Source: a virus (taxonomy: Duplodnaviria; Caudoviricetes). Taken from it: DNA of 53,173 bases. The DNA lies in IMG/VR virus record IMGVR_UViG_3300005077_000024, positions 1-53,173 of that record, one strand, 5' to 3'. The notes under the pieces are model-generated. The model searched no databases and had not been told where the DNA came from. It saw nothing but the letters and a program-made list of their open reading frames with translations. The position numbers and the translations under genes were made by a program. Below are positions 1-8,092 of the stretch, in pieces (the first letter of the stretch is position 1; each line of letters begins with the position of its first letter).

Positions 1-197
1 GCCAGGCGTGGTTCGTGTTCGGGCGTGGACACGACCACAATGAGGCGCTCGATCACATCTGCGTACTGGGTGTGACCAAGGTACCAGGTCATTTGGTCGT
101 ACACGTACTCCCAGTCGTCAAGTGAACCCTGTGCTTGCACATCCAAGAAGGCATGTCCGGGTTCGTGGGTCTCGAGATACTTTGCTACGTGGTGCAC
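1..197 (-). CDS. Hypothetical protein, runs off the left edge
   Basis: GTG at 197-195 preceded by GGAGG; open frame MHHVAKYLETHEPGHAFLDV... to position 1. Confidence 0.5.
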   Translation of the reverse strand, partial: MHHVAKYLETHEPGHAFLDVQAQGSLDDWEYVYDQMTWYLGHTQYADVIERLIVVVSTPEHEPRL

Positions 198-240
198 TTT
201 GTCCTCCTGTTTGGACTGAGTATGGGGTTGGAAGTCGATA

Positions 241-402
241 ATATATATATCACGTAAAACATGATACTAAAATCAATAATGAAAAATTGAAGTTATTATT
301 ATTATTATAATTAATACTGCTAGGAAATTATTATTTTCCTAATAATAATAACTCAATAACTGCCTTCTTTCTTTATAACCGTGTTTCTCGTGATATATAT
401 AT
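241..402. repeat. AT-rich nested imperfect palindrome; candidate origin or terminus element
   Basis: Perfect 14-bp inverted repeat ATATATATATCACG (241-254) / CGTGATATATATAT (389-402); inner AGTTATTATTATTA / TAATAATAATAACT; central TAGGAAA-N7-TTTCCTA. Confidence 0.75.
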
Positions 403-438
403 TTTGGACGCCCTCCCGGACGTTCAAGTACGTGCCAA

Positions 439-834
439 CTACTGCAGATCATCCACGTCTTTCTCGTACACCTCTCGCAGAAACTTGTCGAACTGCTCCT
501 GCGTGATCCAGTCGTAGGCGAGTGCTCGCACCAGACTCTCGCGAGACGCGGTCTGATACGCCTCCAACGCGGGAGACGTCAGCGGTTTCGACTTCGCCGG
601 GCGCAGTGGTTCGGGCGGGATCACGCACGGTACTTCGACCGTGCTCTCATCCACCGTCCACGTCACGCGGACCTTATCACCCGACCGCTCTGCGACTGCC
701 ACGATGACTCCGTCTACCTCTGCATAAGCGCAGTCGACACTCGGATTGGTAAAGACGTCACTGACTGCACTCAATACTGTCTTCACTGTGTAGTGCAGAC
801 AGTAGTCATTATTGCAGACCATCTCAACCTTCAC
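439..834 (-). CDS. Hypothetical protein
   Basis: 131-aa ORF with GGAGG upstream, in line with neighbouring - strand genes. Confidence 0.7.
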   Translation of the reverse strand: MKVEMVCNNDYCLHYTVKTVLSAVSDVFTNPSVDCAYAEVDGVIVAVAERSGDKVRVTWTVDESTVEVPCVIPPEPLRPAKSKPLTSPALEAYQTASRESLVRALAYDWITQEQFDKFLREVYEKDVDDLQ

Positions 835-924
835 CTACCACCTCCATTACCGACTATCAAAAACGTGTCCGTGCGGCAGAAACAGAACAAGCGGTGGTAC
901 ATCATTGTACCACCGCTCGTTCTA

Positions 925-1281
925 CTACTTCACGCCGAACTTCTTGCGCGCCTCCGCGAGTGCGGTCTCGTTGCGGGCCTTCGCGACCGCGCGTTCGTCC
1001 ACAATCTCGATACCGTTGTCTTTGCAGAACTTGTCGAACATCTGCACCTTGGACTGCGGTACACGCGCCACGCGCCGGGTGATGTCACCTTTGGACTTGG
1101 TCGTGGTCGAGGTCTTGGACGCGCGTGCCTCCAGGTAGGACTTGCACCCCGCCTCTGTCGGCACGACTGCGCCGGTCCTGATGAGTGTCCGGGCGTAATC
1201 GACCGAATTGATCCCAATACGCACCGCCACCTCTGCCGCCGTCAAAGTACCGTTCACAACAGACTTGGTTGTCATAATCAC
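925..1281 (-). CDS. Small basic DNA-binding protein (Xis/MerR-like HTH), paralog of 52575..52946
   Basis: LTAAEVAVRIGINSVDYARTLIRTG HTH-like pattern; C-terminus IVDERAVAKARNE..LAEARKKFG aligns with the paralog; GGAGG RBS. Confidence 0.7.
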   Translation of the reverse strand: MIMTTKSVVNGTLTAAEVAVRIGINSVDYARTLIRTGAVVPTEAGCKSYLEARASKTSTTTKSKGDITRRVARVPQSKVQMFDKFCKDNGIEIVDERAVAKARNETALAEARKKFGVK

Positions 1282-1289
1282 GTGCCTCC

Positions 1290-1576
1290 AAACACGTGTT
1301 GCATTGTATTGCGCGCGTTGTGTCGCGCGCGTGCGTGCTGTGCAATTACAACACGTTCACGCGCGCGTAATGGGCGCACGCGTTGTGTCGCGCGCGCGCG
1401 TTGCGTACGCGCGCGTGACACAACATACAATACGCATATACAGTTTGTAATGTTCACGATACACAACATATCGTGATATTATTATATCACGATACAATCG
1501 AATTGTCAAACGTATATCACGCGCGCGCGACACGCGCGACACGCACCGACGCACCCACACATTACGCACACACGCG
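1290..1576. repeat. Alternating purine/pyrimidine (CG/CA/TG) tract with hairpins
   Basis: Runs of CGCGCGCG and CACA/TGTG; inverted repeat GTTGTGTC (1382-1389) / GACACAAC (1417-1424) enclosing CG repeats. Confidence 0.8.
1481..1509 (-). promoter_or_regulatory. Leftward sigma70 consensus promoter
   Basis: On - strand TTGACA-17 nt-TATAAT with extended -10 TG; the -10 lies inside the palindrome TATCGTGATA-N6-TATCACGATA. Confidence 0.85.
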
Positions 1577-1593
1577 GGAACCGGGTGCAGAAG

Positions 1594-1640
1594 GGTACGG
1601 TGGACTAGGGGGGGACAGGCTGGCAGGTACGGTGGACTAG
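1594..1640 (+). repeat. 15-bp direct repeat GGTACGGTGGACTAG x2
   Basis: Exact copies at 1594-1608 and 1626-1640 (32-bp period). Confidence 0.85.
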
Positions 1641-1753
1641 AGAGCGCTTAGTAGGGTAAAAATTCTCCCAACTCCCTCCCCCTCTCTCCCTCCCCATCTC
1701 TCTCCCTCCCGCGCCCAAGTATTGTTAACAAATTAAATCACAGGAAATCTAAC

Positions 1754-1782
1754 TTGACACGTCAAGGCAAGTATGGTATAAT
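1754..1782 (+). promoter_or_regulatory. Rightward sigma70 consensus promoter for the virion arm
   Basis: TTGACA (1754-1759)-17 nt-TATAAT (1777-1782) with extended -10 TG; the -35 overlaps the palindrome CTTGAC-AC-GTCAAG. Confidence 0.85.
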
Positions 1783-1802
1783 AATACCAGAGGTTTCTGT
1801 GT

Positions 1803-2240
1803 ATGTCAACCGCTCTCCAAGACACTATCCGAGACAGTCTGGTCGAGACTGGTGGCAACGTGCGCGCCACCGCCATGAGACTGGGTGTCTCTGAGGAGTA
1901 TGTTCGTCAGCAGAAGGAGGTCGTACCGGCTCCTGGCCCTGTGCCGACGAACCCAGCCGTATACCGGCTCTTGGACTCTACGGTCAAGTCTCTGCAGGCA
2001 TCAGTCGACGCCGCAGAACTAACAGGTAACCAACTGGTCAGACTGCTCGGTCTGCTGCTCGACTACGACGCGCGTGTGCAGACCATGTCCCGGCCGCTCA
2101 TGTCTGTGAACAACACTACTCAGACAGTTAACATGTTGGTCCAGCGCATGGACTCACTGACGACCGAGGAACTAAAAAGTCTGGCCCGTGCCAAGCCGCA
2201 GATTGAAACGCACGTACAGGTGATTGACGTTGATGTTTAA
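1803..2240 (+). CDS. terS: Probable terminase small subunit
   Basis: N-terminal HTH (NVRATAMRLGVSEEYVR), helical middle, directly upstream of and overlapping terL. Confidence 0.65.
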   Translation: MSTALQDTIRDSLVETGGNVRATAMRLGVSEEYVRQQKEVVPAPGPVPTNPAVYRLLDSTVKSLQASVDAAELTGNQLVRLLGLLLDYDARVQTMSRPLMSVNNTTQTVNMLVQRMDSLTTEELKSLARAKPQIETHVQVIDVDV

Positions 2241-3945
2241 CGAAGATCTCACTCAGGCTCAGGCAGTACAACTGGCCGCTCGTGCAGCACTGGCGAGACG
2301 GAGCCTTTTGGACTACTGTTGCTTGATCAATCCGAAGTACAAAACGCCGCCGCACATCAGAATGGCAGCGGAGCACTTCGAGGCGGTCGAGCGGGGTGAG
2401 ATTCTGCGTCTGATGGTGTTCATGCCACCACGCCATGGTAAGTCGGAACTTTATAGTGGCATGGCACCATCGTGGTTCATTGGGCGGGACCCAGACCGGA
2501 AGGTCATTCTAACCAGTTACGCGGCCACACTCGCGGAGACGTTCTCGATACAGAACAGAGACACGATCCAGTACAATCCGATGTGGCCTGTCATTTTTCC
2601 AACGGTGACTATTTCGCCTACAGTCAGAGCGGTCGACAAGTGGGCGGTCACCGGTCAGCGTGAGAGTCTACTCGCAGCCGGCGTAGGTGGGCCGGTCACG
2701 GGCTTCGGTGCTCACCTGCTCATTATCGACGACCCTGTCAAGAACTACGAAGAGGCGTGCTCGAAGGCAAACCAGGAGAAGCAGTTCAACTGGTACAAGA
2801 CCACAGCACGCACGCGGTTGCAGCCGGGGGCGGCGATCATCATTATCATGACCAGGTGGGTGGAGGACGACCTAGCAGGAAGGATTCTGGACAGTGAAGA
2901 GGGAAGTGACTTCACCATACTACACCTCCCGGCCAGGAGCTTGGGCGTTGAGAGCGATTACCCGACGGGGGTTCCTAGTGAAATCGCCGAGAGCACGGCG
3001 TTCCCGGACGCGCTCGGGCGCCGTAAGGATGAGCCGCTATGGAAGGAGATGGGCTTCGACACAGCCTTTCTCGATAGTGCTCAGAGATCCATGCTCCACG
3101 ACTTCCACGGTCTCTACCAGGGAATGCCGAGCACCCCTGCTGGTGAGAAGTTCAGACGGACTGACTTTCAGGTTGCTCCAGCGCCGGCAGAGTGGGAGTT
3201 GCTCAGGCGCGCACGGTCGTGGGACCTCGCCTGGACGGAGAGTACTGAAGCGGACTGGACGGTCGGACTACTCGCTTCTCTGTGGGTTCACGACGAAGAC
3301 TGGCTTGTGCACATCGACGATATTGTCCGAGCGCGTACAGAGGACCCCGCAGGGCTCATACTGGAAACCGCGGGAGCAGACGGCTCTGAGGTAGAGGTTG
3401 TGATGGAGACGGTCGCGCTCCAGTCGAAGGCTTTCAGGAGCGTCCGGCGGGACGAGCGCATGTGGAAGCACCGCATGACCGGCGTTCGGCCGCACGTCGA
3501 TAAGCTGATACGCGCCCAGCCTGCTATGAGGCTCTCACGCGGTGGGCGTGTGTATGTAGAGCAGGCTGGCTGGACGAAGGACTTTTTGGATGAGTTAGGG
3601 GTGTTCCCGAACGGCCGCTACGACGACCAGGTGGATGGCTACACGCAGTTAATCAACCACTGGCAGACAGTTCTGGACGCGCTGCTGTGGAAGAAAAAGG
3701 TGGCCCGTGCCGTCCCGAAGCCGCGTGACATACCGTTTGAGTTTCGAGTAGTACAACCTAAAGCCCGTGATGGGCTCGTATGGCAGGTGAGAGGAGTGTA
3801 CCGTGGACCCAGCAATGATGGGGATGGCAGGGCCGGGGGCAGGGCTAGCAGATTCACCGTTGCCCGAGGAGATGGCTCCAGTCGATCCGATCGAAGAGAT
3901 GAGGAGCCGGTTGGACAGCCTGGAGGCGCGTCTGAGTGCTCTTGA
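2233..3945 (+). CDS. terL: Terminase large subunit (Terminase_6 / 6C type)
   Basis: Walker A MPPRHGKS, Walker B LLIIDDPVKN, MTRW..DDL, RSWDLA nuclease motif, FPNGRYDDQVD; ATG 2233 preferred over TTG 2224. Confidence 0.95.
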   Translation: MFNEDLTQAQAVQLAARAALARRSLLDYCCLINPKYKTPPHIRMAAEHFEAVERGEILRLMVFMPPRHGKSELYSGMAPSWFIGRDPDRKVILTSYAATLAETFSIQNRDTIQYNPMWPVIFPTVTISPTVRAVDKWAVTGQRESLLAAGVGGPVTGFGAHLLIIDDPVKNYEEACSKANQEKQFNWYKTTARTRLQPGAAIIIIMTRWVEDDLAGRILDSEEGSDFTILHLPARSLGVESDYPTGVPSEIAESTAFPDALGRRKDEPLWKEMGFDTAFLDSAQRSMLHDFHGLYQGMPSTPAGEKFRRTDFQVAPAPAEWELLRRARSWDLAWTESTEADWTVGLLASLWVHDEDWLVHIDDIVRARTEDPAGLILETAGADGSEVEVVMETVALQSKAFRSVRRDERMWKHRMTGVRPHVDKLIRAQPAMRLSRGGRVYVEQAGWTKDFLDELGVFPNGRYDDQVDGYTQLINHWQTVLDALLWKKKVARAVPKPRDIPFEFRVVQPKARDGLVWQVRGVYRGPSNDGDGRAGGRASRFTVARGDGSSRSDRRDEEPVGQPGGASECS

Positions 3946-4069
3946 GGGGAGTTCACCTCTGGGAGCTGAGCCGAAGCCGTCGAGCGTGGCTGGTATGGGT
4001 ATGGAAGCCGGTGGCCCTGTTGGGCCGTTCAAACGACGGACGCCACCTCCGCCTCCTGCGAGGAGATAA
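3803..4069 (+). CDS. Small Pro/Met-rich coiled-coil protein
   Basis: GAGGAG RBS; EEMRSRLDSLEARLSALEG heptads; stop abuts the portal RBS; overlaps the terL tail. Confidence 0.6.
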   Translation: MDPAMMGMAGPGAGLADSPLPEEMAPVDPIEEMRSRLDSLEARLSALEGSSPLGAEPKPSSVAGMGMEAGGPVGPFKRRTPPPPPARR

Positions 4070-4070
4070 C

Positions 4071-5855
4071 ATGGCCCTGCCAAAGTCCGTGAGTGACATA
4101 AAAGAGAGGGTGCAGGAAGCGCGGAACATCTACCGGGACCGTGACCAGTTGGTACTTCTCACTCGAGAGATGTACCGGATGGTGAAGGACCGGAAGTCGA
4201 CCTTCCTGGGTACCTCTGAGTGGAGGAGCAGTGTCCATGAAGACTACTGGCAGTCTTCGAGTCGGCCGCACAACGCAGTAGATGTAGCCACAGCGGTGCT
4301 CGCAGGACATCCACCACAGTACAAGGTGACCGAGCCTGGAGCGGTCGGCACTTCTGTATGCTCACGGGCGGAAAAGTTTTTGCACGGCGTGTGGCGGGCC
4401 AACAGTCGGATGCAGCACTATGACTTGTACCGCCGCCTGATCCACCGGACTGTGCTAGACGGAGCCGCGGGCATCCGGGTGACCTGGAACGTGATGGCAC
4501 CGGATCCGATGATCATCGAAGATGAAGAGGGGTATCCGGTAGCATACTACCCACGCAACAAGGTTCCTATTGACATCCGGATTGTGAAGTGGGATCAGTT
4601 GTATCCTATGGGGCACCCCACCCATGACACTCCGTTCAGTGAACTCCTGCAGGTGAGTGCCAGGACGCTGGAGAGTGTCAAGGAAGAGTGGGAAGAGATC
4701 GAAGGTGCGAAGATCCCCAAGGTGAAACTGGACCGCAACCAGACGGGTGAGTACATAGAGTGGTGGGGGTACGAGGACGGTGAGGTCCACTACATGGTGA
4801 CGTTCGAGAATGAGGTCGTCATTCCGAACAAGCCGGTCCCCTATAGAAGGATCCCCTACATCATCAGCACCTTCAAGGAAGAGGATGAGGACGATAAGGT
4901 GTTCGGCCGCGTGCCGTTCCTCTACCCTGTTATCCCTGCTACCGAAAAAGAGGAGTACCTGCGAAGCCGGATGTTCCGCCAGTTGGACATGATTCTGAAC
5001 ATGCTTCCCTACCATACTGGTGGCACTCCTACAGGGATCTCTGGTCAGTGGGGTGAGGTCCTGGAGTTCCCGGACGACAAGGAGAAGATCGCCTACCCGA
5101 TGCCACCTCCGAGCACACCGGATGCCTGGAAAGTCTTGGAGGACACTATTCGGCAGCAGAGTCAGGGGACGTTCTCAGAGACCATGTTTGGTGAGGTCAG
5201 CACGCGCATGAGTGGCTATGGCCTCTCCCAACTGATCGGCGCGGATACTCTGCGGACTGACACGCCGCGTGCTAACCTGGAGTTGACCTTCTCTGCCGTG
5301 GGTGATCTGATCTTCGACATGCTTCGGTGGTTCTCACCTGGCCACCGTATAGCGGTTACCATCCGGTCCAAGCAGGGGGAGATTGCTGCCAAGTTGGCAG
5401 GCTTCGAGACCGAGACTCTGGTGCTCGAGACCTTCCTCAAGCCGAAGCAGTCGAGTGATGAGGTCCGGCTGGCTACCGTCGGTGCTCAACTGTCAGCGCT
5501 GCCACAGCGTCCAGTGTCGATGGCGTACATACTGGAGAACTACTTCGGCATAGCCCAGCCGGAGGATGAGATCCATGCGGTACTTCAGGACGAGGCGCTG
5601 CGTGATCCTCTGGTCCGGCTGATTGCCATGGCCGAGACCCTGAAAGATGCTGATAGTCCCTACATGCCGCTCATCGCCATGCAGGTCATGATGGCTCTGC
5701 AAAAAGTCACTGCAAGTGGGGCACCAGGGACGATTCCAGGTATGGGAATGGGGATGCCTCAAGCGGCTCTCGGGAACCCTACACAGGGACCTGAGCCCGG
5801 CGAGGTTGGAATGACACCTGAGGCCGCTATGTATGGTGGCCCTAGAGGAGAGTAA
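4071..5855 (+). CDS. Portal protein
   Basis: Follows terL, ~594 aa, helical; PYRRIPYII and SGYGLSQL segments typical of podovirus portals; Pro/Met-rich tail; AGGAG before ATG 4071. Confidence 0.8.
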   Translation: MALPKSVSDIKERVQEARNIYRDRDQLVLLTREMYRMVKDRKSTFLGTSEWRSSVHEDYWQSSSRPHNAVDVATAVLAGHPPQYKVTEPGAVGTSVCSRAEKFLHGVWRANSRMQHYDLYRRLIHRTVLDGAAGIRVTWNVMAPDPMIIEDEEGYPVAYYPRNKVPIDIRIVKWDQLYPMGHPTHDTPFSELLQVSARTLESVKEEWEEIEGAKIPKVKLDRNQTGEYIEWWGYEDGEVHYMVTFENEVVIPNKPVPYRRIPYIISTFKEEDEDDKVFGRVPFLYPVIPATEKEEYLRSRMFRQLDMILNMLPYHTGGTPTGISGQWGEVLEFPDDKEKIAYPMPPPSTPDAWKVLEDTIRQQSQGTFSETMFGEVSTRMSGYGLSQLIGADTLRTDTPRANLELTFSAVGDLIFDMLRWFSPGHRIAVTIRSKQGEIAAKLAGFETETLVLETFLKPKQSSDEVRLATVGAQLSALPQRPVSMAYILENYFGIAQPEDEIHAVLQDEALRDPLVRLIAMAETLKDADSPYMPLIAMQVMMALQKVTASGAPGTIPGMGMGMPQAALGNPTQGPEPGEVGMTPEAAMYGGPRGE

Positions 5856-5856
5856 C

Positions 5857-7215
5857 ATGGTACAACTGAGACCTCCTGCAGCACCAAGTTATAGCGCCCC
5901 TCGGTCCGGCCCGCCACCCGAGGAACAGCAGGGTCCACCGTCGGGGGCTCAGCAGACCGGGCGGTCTGTTGGGACTGGAATGGGTCTGGTGGGGACCTTC
6001 TTGAAGGCGATTGGCACGGAGATGATGAAGCAAGGCCTTCTGGAGGCTGGTACCCTAGGTGCCCGGACTGCTTCAGATCTTGGGGGTGCTGCCCAAGATT
6101 GGGGTGTAGGTGCTGCGCGTCTTGGCAGCACCGCGGGGCAGTTTGTCCAGGGAGTCGGAGCAGGGCTGAATCCACCACCTGCAGCCTCTACAACCGCTCA
6201 TAGGGTGCTGCAGGCTCAACCCCAGCCGCTTGCCTACCAGGCCCGGCAGTACACCCCGGGTGCGGGTGGGAACTCCCCACAGGCGGCAGGTACTGGGATA
6301 GGGAATCCGGGAGGCAGCCGACCTTCTGATCTCGGCACTCAGGGGATGGTCGTCGGAACTATCCAGTCAGGTCCCTTCCAGCCTGGATGGTCCAACCCAG
6401 CGCCGCGTACAGGGCGGCGTGTGGTCCAGCCTCAGGCCTTGGTCGGCCCACCAATGGGTGTAACCACTGGTGACCCTGGAACCGCACGGCGCGGACGGCA
6501 GGTAGGGATGACTGGGTTTGAGCCAGTACCCGAGGTTGCTCCACCACCGGCCTCAACAAGGGCCCACGATGTGGGAGGCTTTGGAACTCCTAGGTACTCT
6601 CGAGCTGGGGTGTACATTCCACCTGCGGCTGGTGGGGCTGCTCCGGCTGGCGGTGGGGGTGGGTACGGTGGCCGTGAGACGGGGGCCCCGGTTGGCGCAG
6701 GTGCAGGCACAGGCATGGGCACCGGCGGCGGGACTGGAACTGGTGGTGGTGGTACAGATACAACCGCTGCTGAAGACTCAAGTGGTGTAGATTGGGACGT
6801 GGCCAGCCAGTACTGGCAGGGTACCCAGGAGGACTTCAACAACTGGGTGTCCCAGTACAAGGTCGAGCACGGCGGAGCGAACCCGTGGGACGGGACAATG
6901 GTCGATCCCACCGAGACGCTGATCGAGAACATCGCGGCACTTCAGTGGGGGCAGCAGTTCCAACTCGCATGGGGACGGCCGCCGAACGAGAAGGAATACC
7001 AGCGAGCCTGGTACACAGACCGCTTCGGCCTGGGGCAGTATCGAAGAGCCGGACAGGCAGGCGGTGCTCTGGGTGCTGGGTGGGGGGCTGGCTTTGCTGA
7101 TCGGTGGGGACCCAACGGTTGGGGAGAGCCTTGGTACAACCCTCCCAGTGGAGCGAGTGGCCGGCCAGGACCTGAGAGGATGCCCTACAGCGGACCTCAG
7201 GGGCAAGGGAGGTAG
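5857..7215 (+). CDS. Gly/Pro-rich protein with Trp-rich C-terminal domain; possible ejection protein
   Basis: GAGGAG RBS before ATG 5857; low-complexity, disorder-like composition; upstream of the giant gene. Confidence 0.6.
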   Translation: MVQLRPPAAPSYSAPRSGPPPEEQQGPPSGAQQTGRSVGTGMGLVGTFLKAIGTEMMKQGLLEAGTLGARTASDLGGAAQDWGVGAARLGSTAGQFVQGVGAGLNPPPAASTTAHRVLQAQPQPLAYQARQYTPGAGGNSPQAAGTGIGNPGGSRPSDLGTQGMVVGTIQSGPFQPGWSNPAPRTGRRVVQPQALVGPPMGVTTGDPGTARRGRQVGMTGFEPVPEVAPPPASTRAHDVGGFGTPRYSRAGVYIPPAAGGAAPAGGGGGYGGRETGAPVGAGAGTGMGTGGGTGTGGGGTDTTAAEDSSGVDWDVASQYWQGTQEDFNNWVSQYKVEHGGANPWDGTMVDPTETLIENIAALQWGQQFQLAWGRPPNEKEYQRAWYTDRFGLGQYRRAGQAGGALGAGWGAGFADRWGPNGWGEPWYNPPSGASGRPGPERMPYSGPQGQGR

Positions 7216-7913
7216 TGATGCCAGTCTTTCCTCCAACCGTGAAACCTAACTATAGACAGCCTTCGTGGGCCGTTCCGTGGGAGCCACCCAAGAAGCCCAA
7301 TGTGGGGGATGTGCCGGCGAACGTTCTGTACGGTACCTACCACCTGGCGATGCCGTACCTGGACCCTGAGACCCAGAAGAGCTCAGCGTCCTGGCTGGCT
7401 ACTCAGGCACCGAAGAGGTTCGGTAAGTACATGGAGCACCCATGGAGAACCTCACCTGAAGCGTCTCAGCCACAAGCGCCAGGGGAGTCTTACCTGACTG
7501 TCGACCGCCTGAACAAAGCGCTGGAAGCACTGGACCCGCGCAACGTGTTCAACACGATCACTGGCCGGCAGATAGCATCACCTGGGGCTGAAGAGCGGGC
7601 CTACAACTACTTCCAGGAGCAGGGTGGAGGCGCTCCGCTGGCCTGGTTGAGAGCCTACCTGCAGACAGCAGCAGATGCTATGCCGGATGCTCAAGGCAAG
7701 TTGAAGCCACGCTCTGTTAGGTTTGGGGCACTCTCCCACTTGCAGACTCTGGAGCAGGAAGTCCAACAGAACCAGGCGCTGCTGCCATACCTGACCCTGG
7801 CCCAGAACCTGGTGAACCCACTCCTGCAAGGGCAGGCACCCGAAGGTGGTGGAGTGGGGTATACCCGAGCGGCTCCCGTTCCGAAGTTGGAGAAGAACCC
7901 GTGGCTGACATAG
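7215..7913 (+). CDS. Hypothetical protein, possible internal virion protein
   Basis: 232-aa ORF with GGAGG RBS, coupled to the upstream stop. Confidence 0.7.
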   Translation: MMPVFPPTVKPNYRQPSWAVPWEPPKKPNVGDVPANVLYGTYHLAMPYLDPETQKSSASWLATQAPKRFGKYMEHPWRTSPEASQPQAPGESYLTVDRLNKALEALDPRNVFNTITGRQIASPGAEERAYNYFQEQGGGAPLAWLRAYLQTAADAMPDAQGKLKPRSVRFGALSHLQTLEQEVQQNQALLPYLTLAQNLVNPLLQGQAPEGGGVGYTRAAPVPKLEKNPWLT

Positions 7914-8092
7914 TCAGTATGGTGGATGCGTACACCAAAGCACTGGGTACCTGGCAGAAGGTCTTCGGTGGGGCTAAGCCCAAACCACCGAAGGTTGAAG
8001 AACTGCCAGAACCTGCTGCTATTCCGCGACTACCGGATTTCGTGGTGAGAGATTATGTCCAAGATTGGACCGCCGCCGACCGTCGATATTGA
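7901..8092 (+). CDS. Possible small hypothetical protein
   Basis: GTG with GGAG upstream; fills the gap before the giant ORF and overlaps it by 38 nt. Confidence 0.4.
   Translation: MADIVSMVDAYTKALGTWQKVFGGAKPKPPKVEELPEPAAIPRLPDFVVRDYVQDWTAADRRY

Noticed and set aside
793-1569. Several + and - strand ORFs over the CG-repeat tract (e.g. 793..1476, 1278..1469, 1357..1569)
   Set aside because: Arg/Ala/Cys-rich translations of dinucleotide repeats, or antisense shadows of real genes; no convincing RBS; they overlap promoter elements
1594-1640. Direct repeats as a mini CRISPR array
   Set aside because: Only two 15-bp copies with a 17-bp spacer; the Cas4-like gene is a common phage recombination nuclease next to Sak4/SSB
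3787-8060. Possible stop-codon reassignment (AGA) explaining long read-through tails
   Set aside because: AGA occurs in-frame inside clearly intact genes, and TAA, TAG and TGA all terminate genes normally
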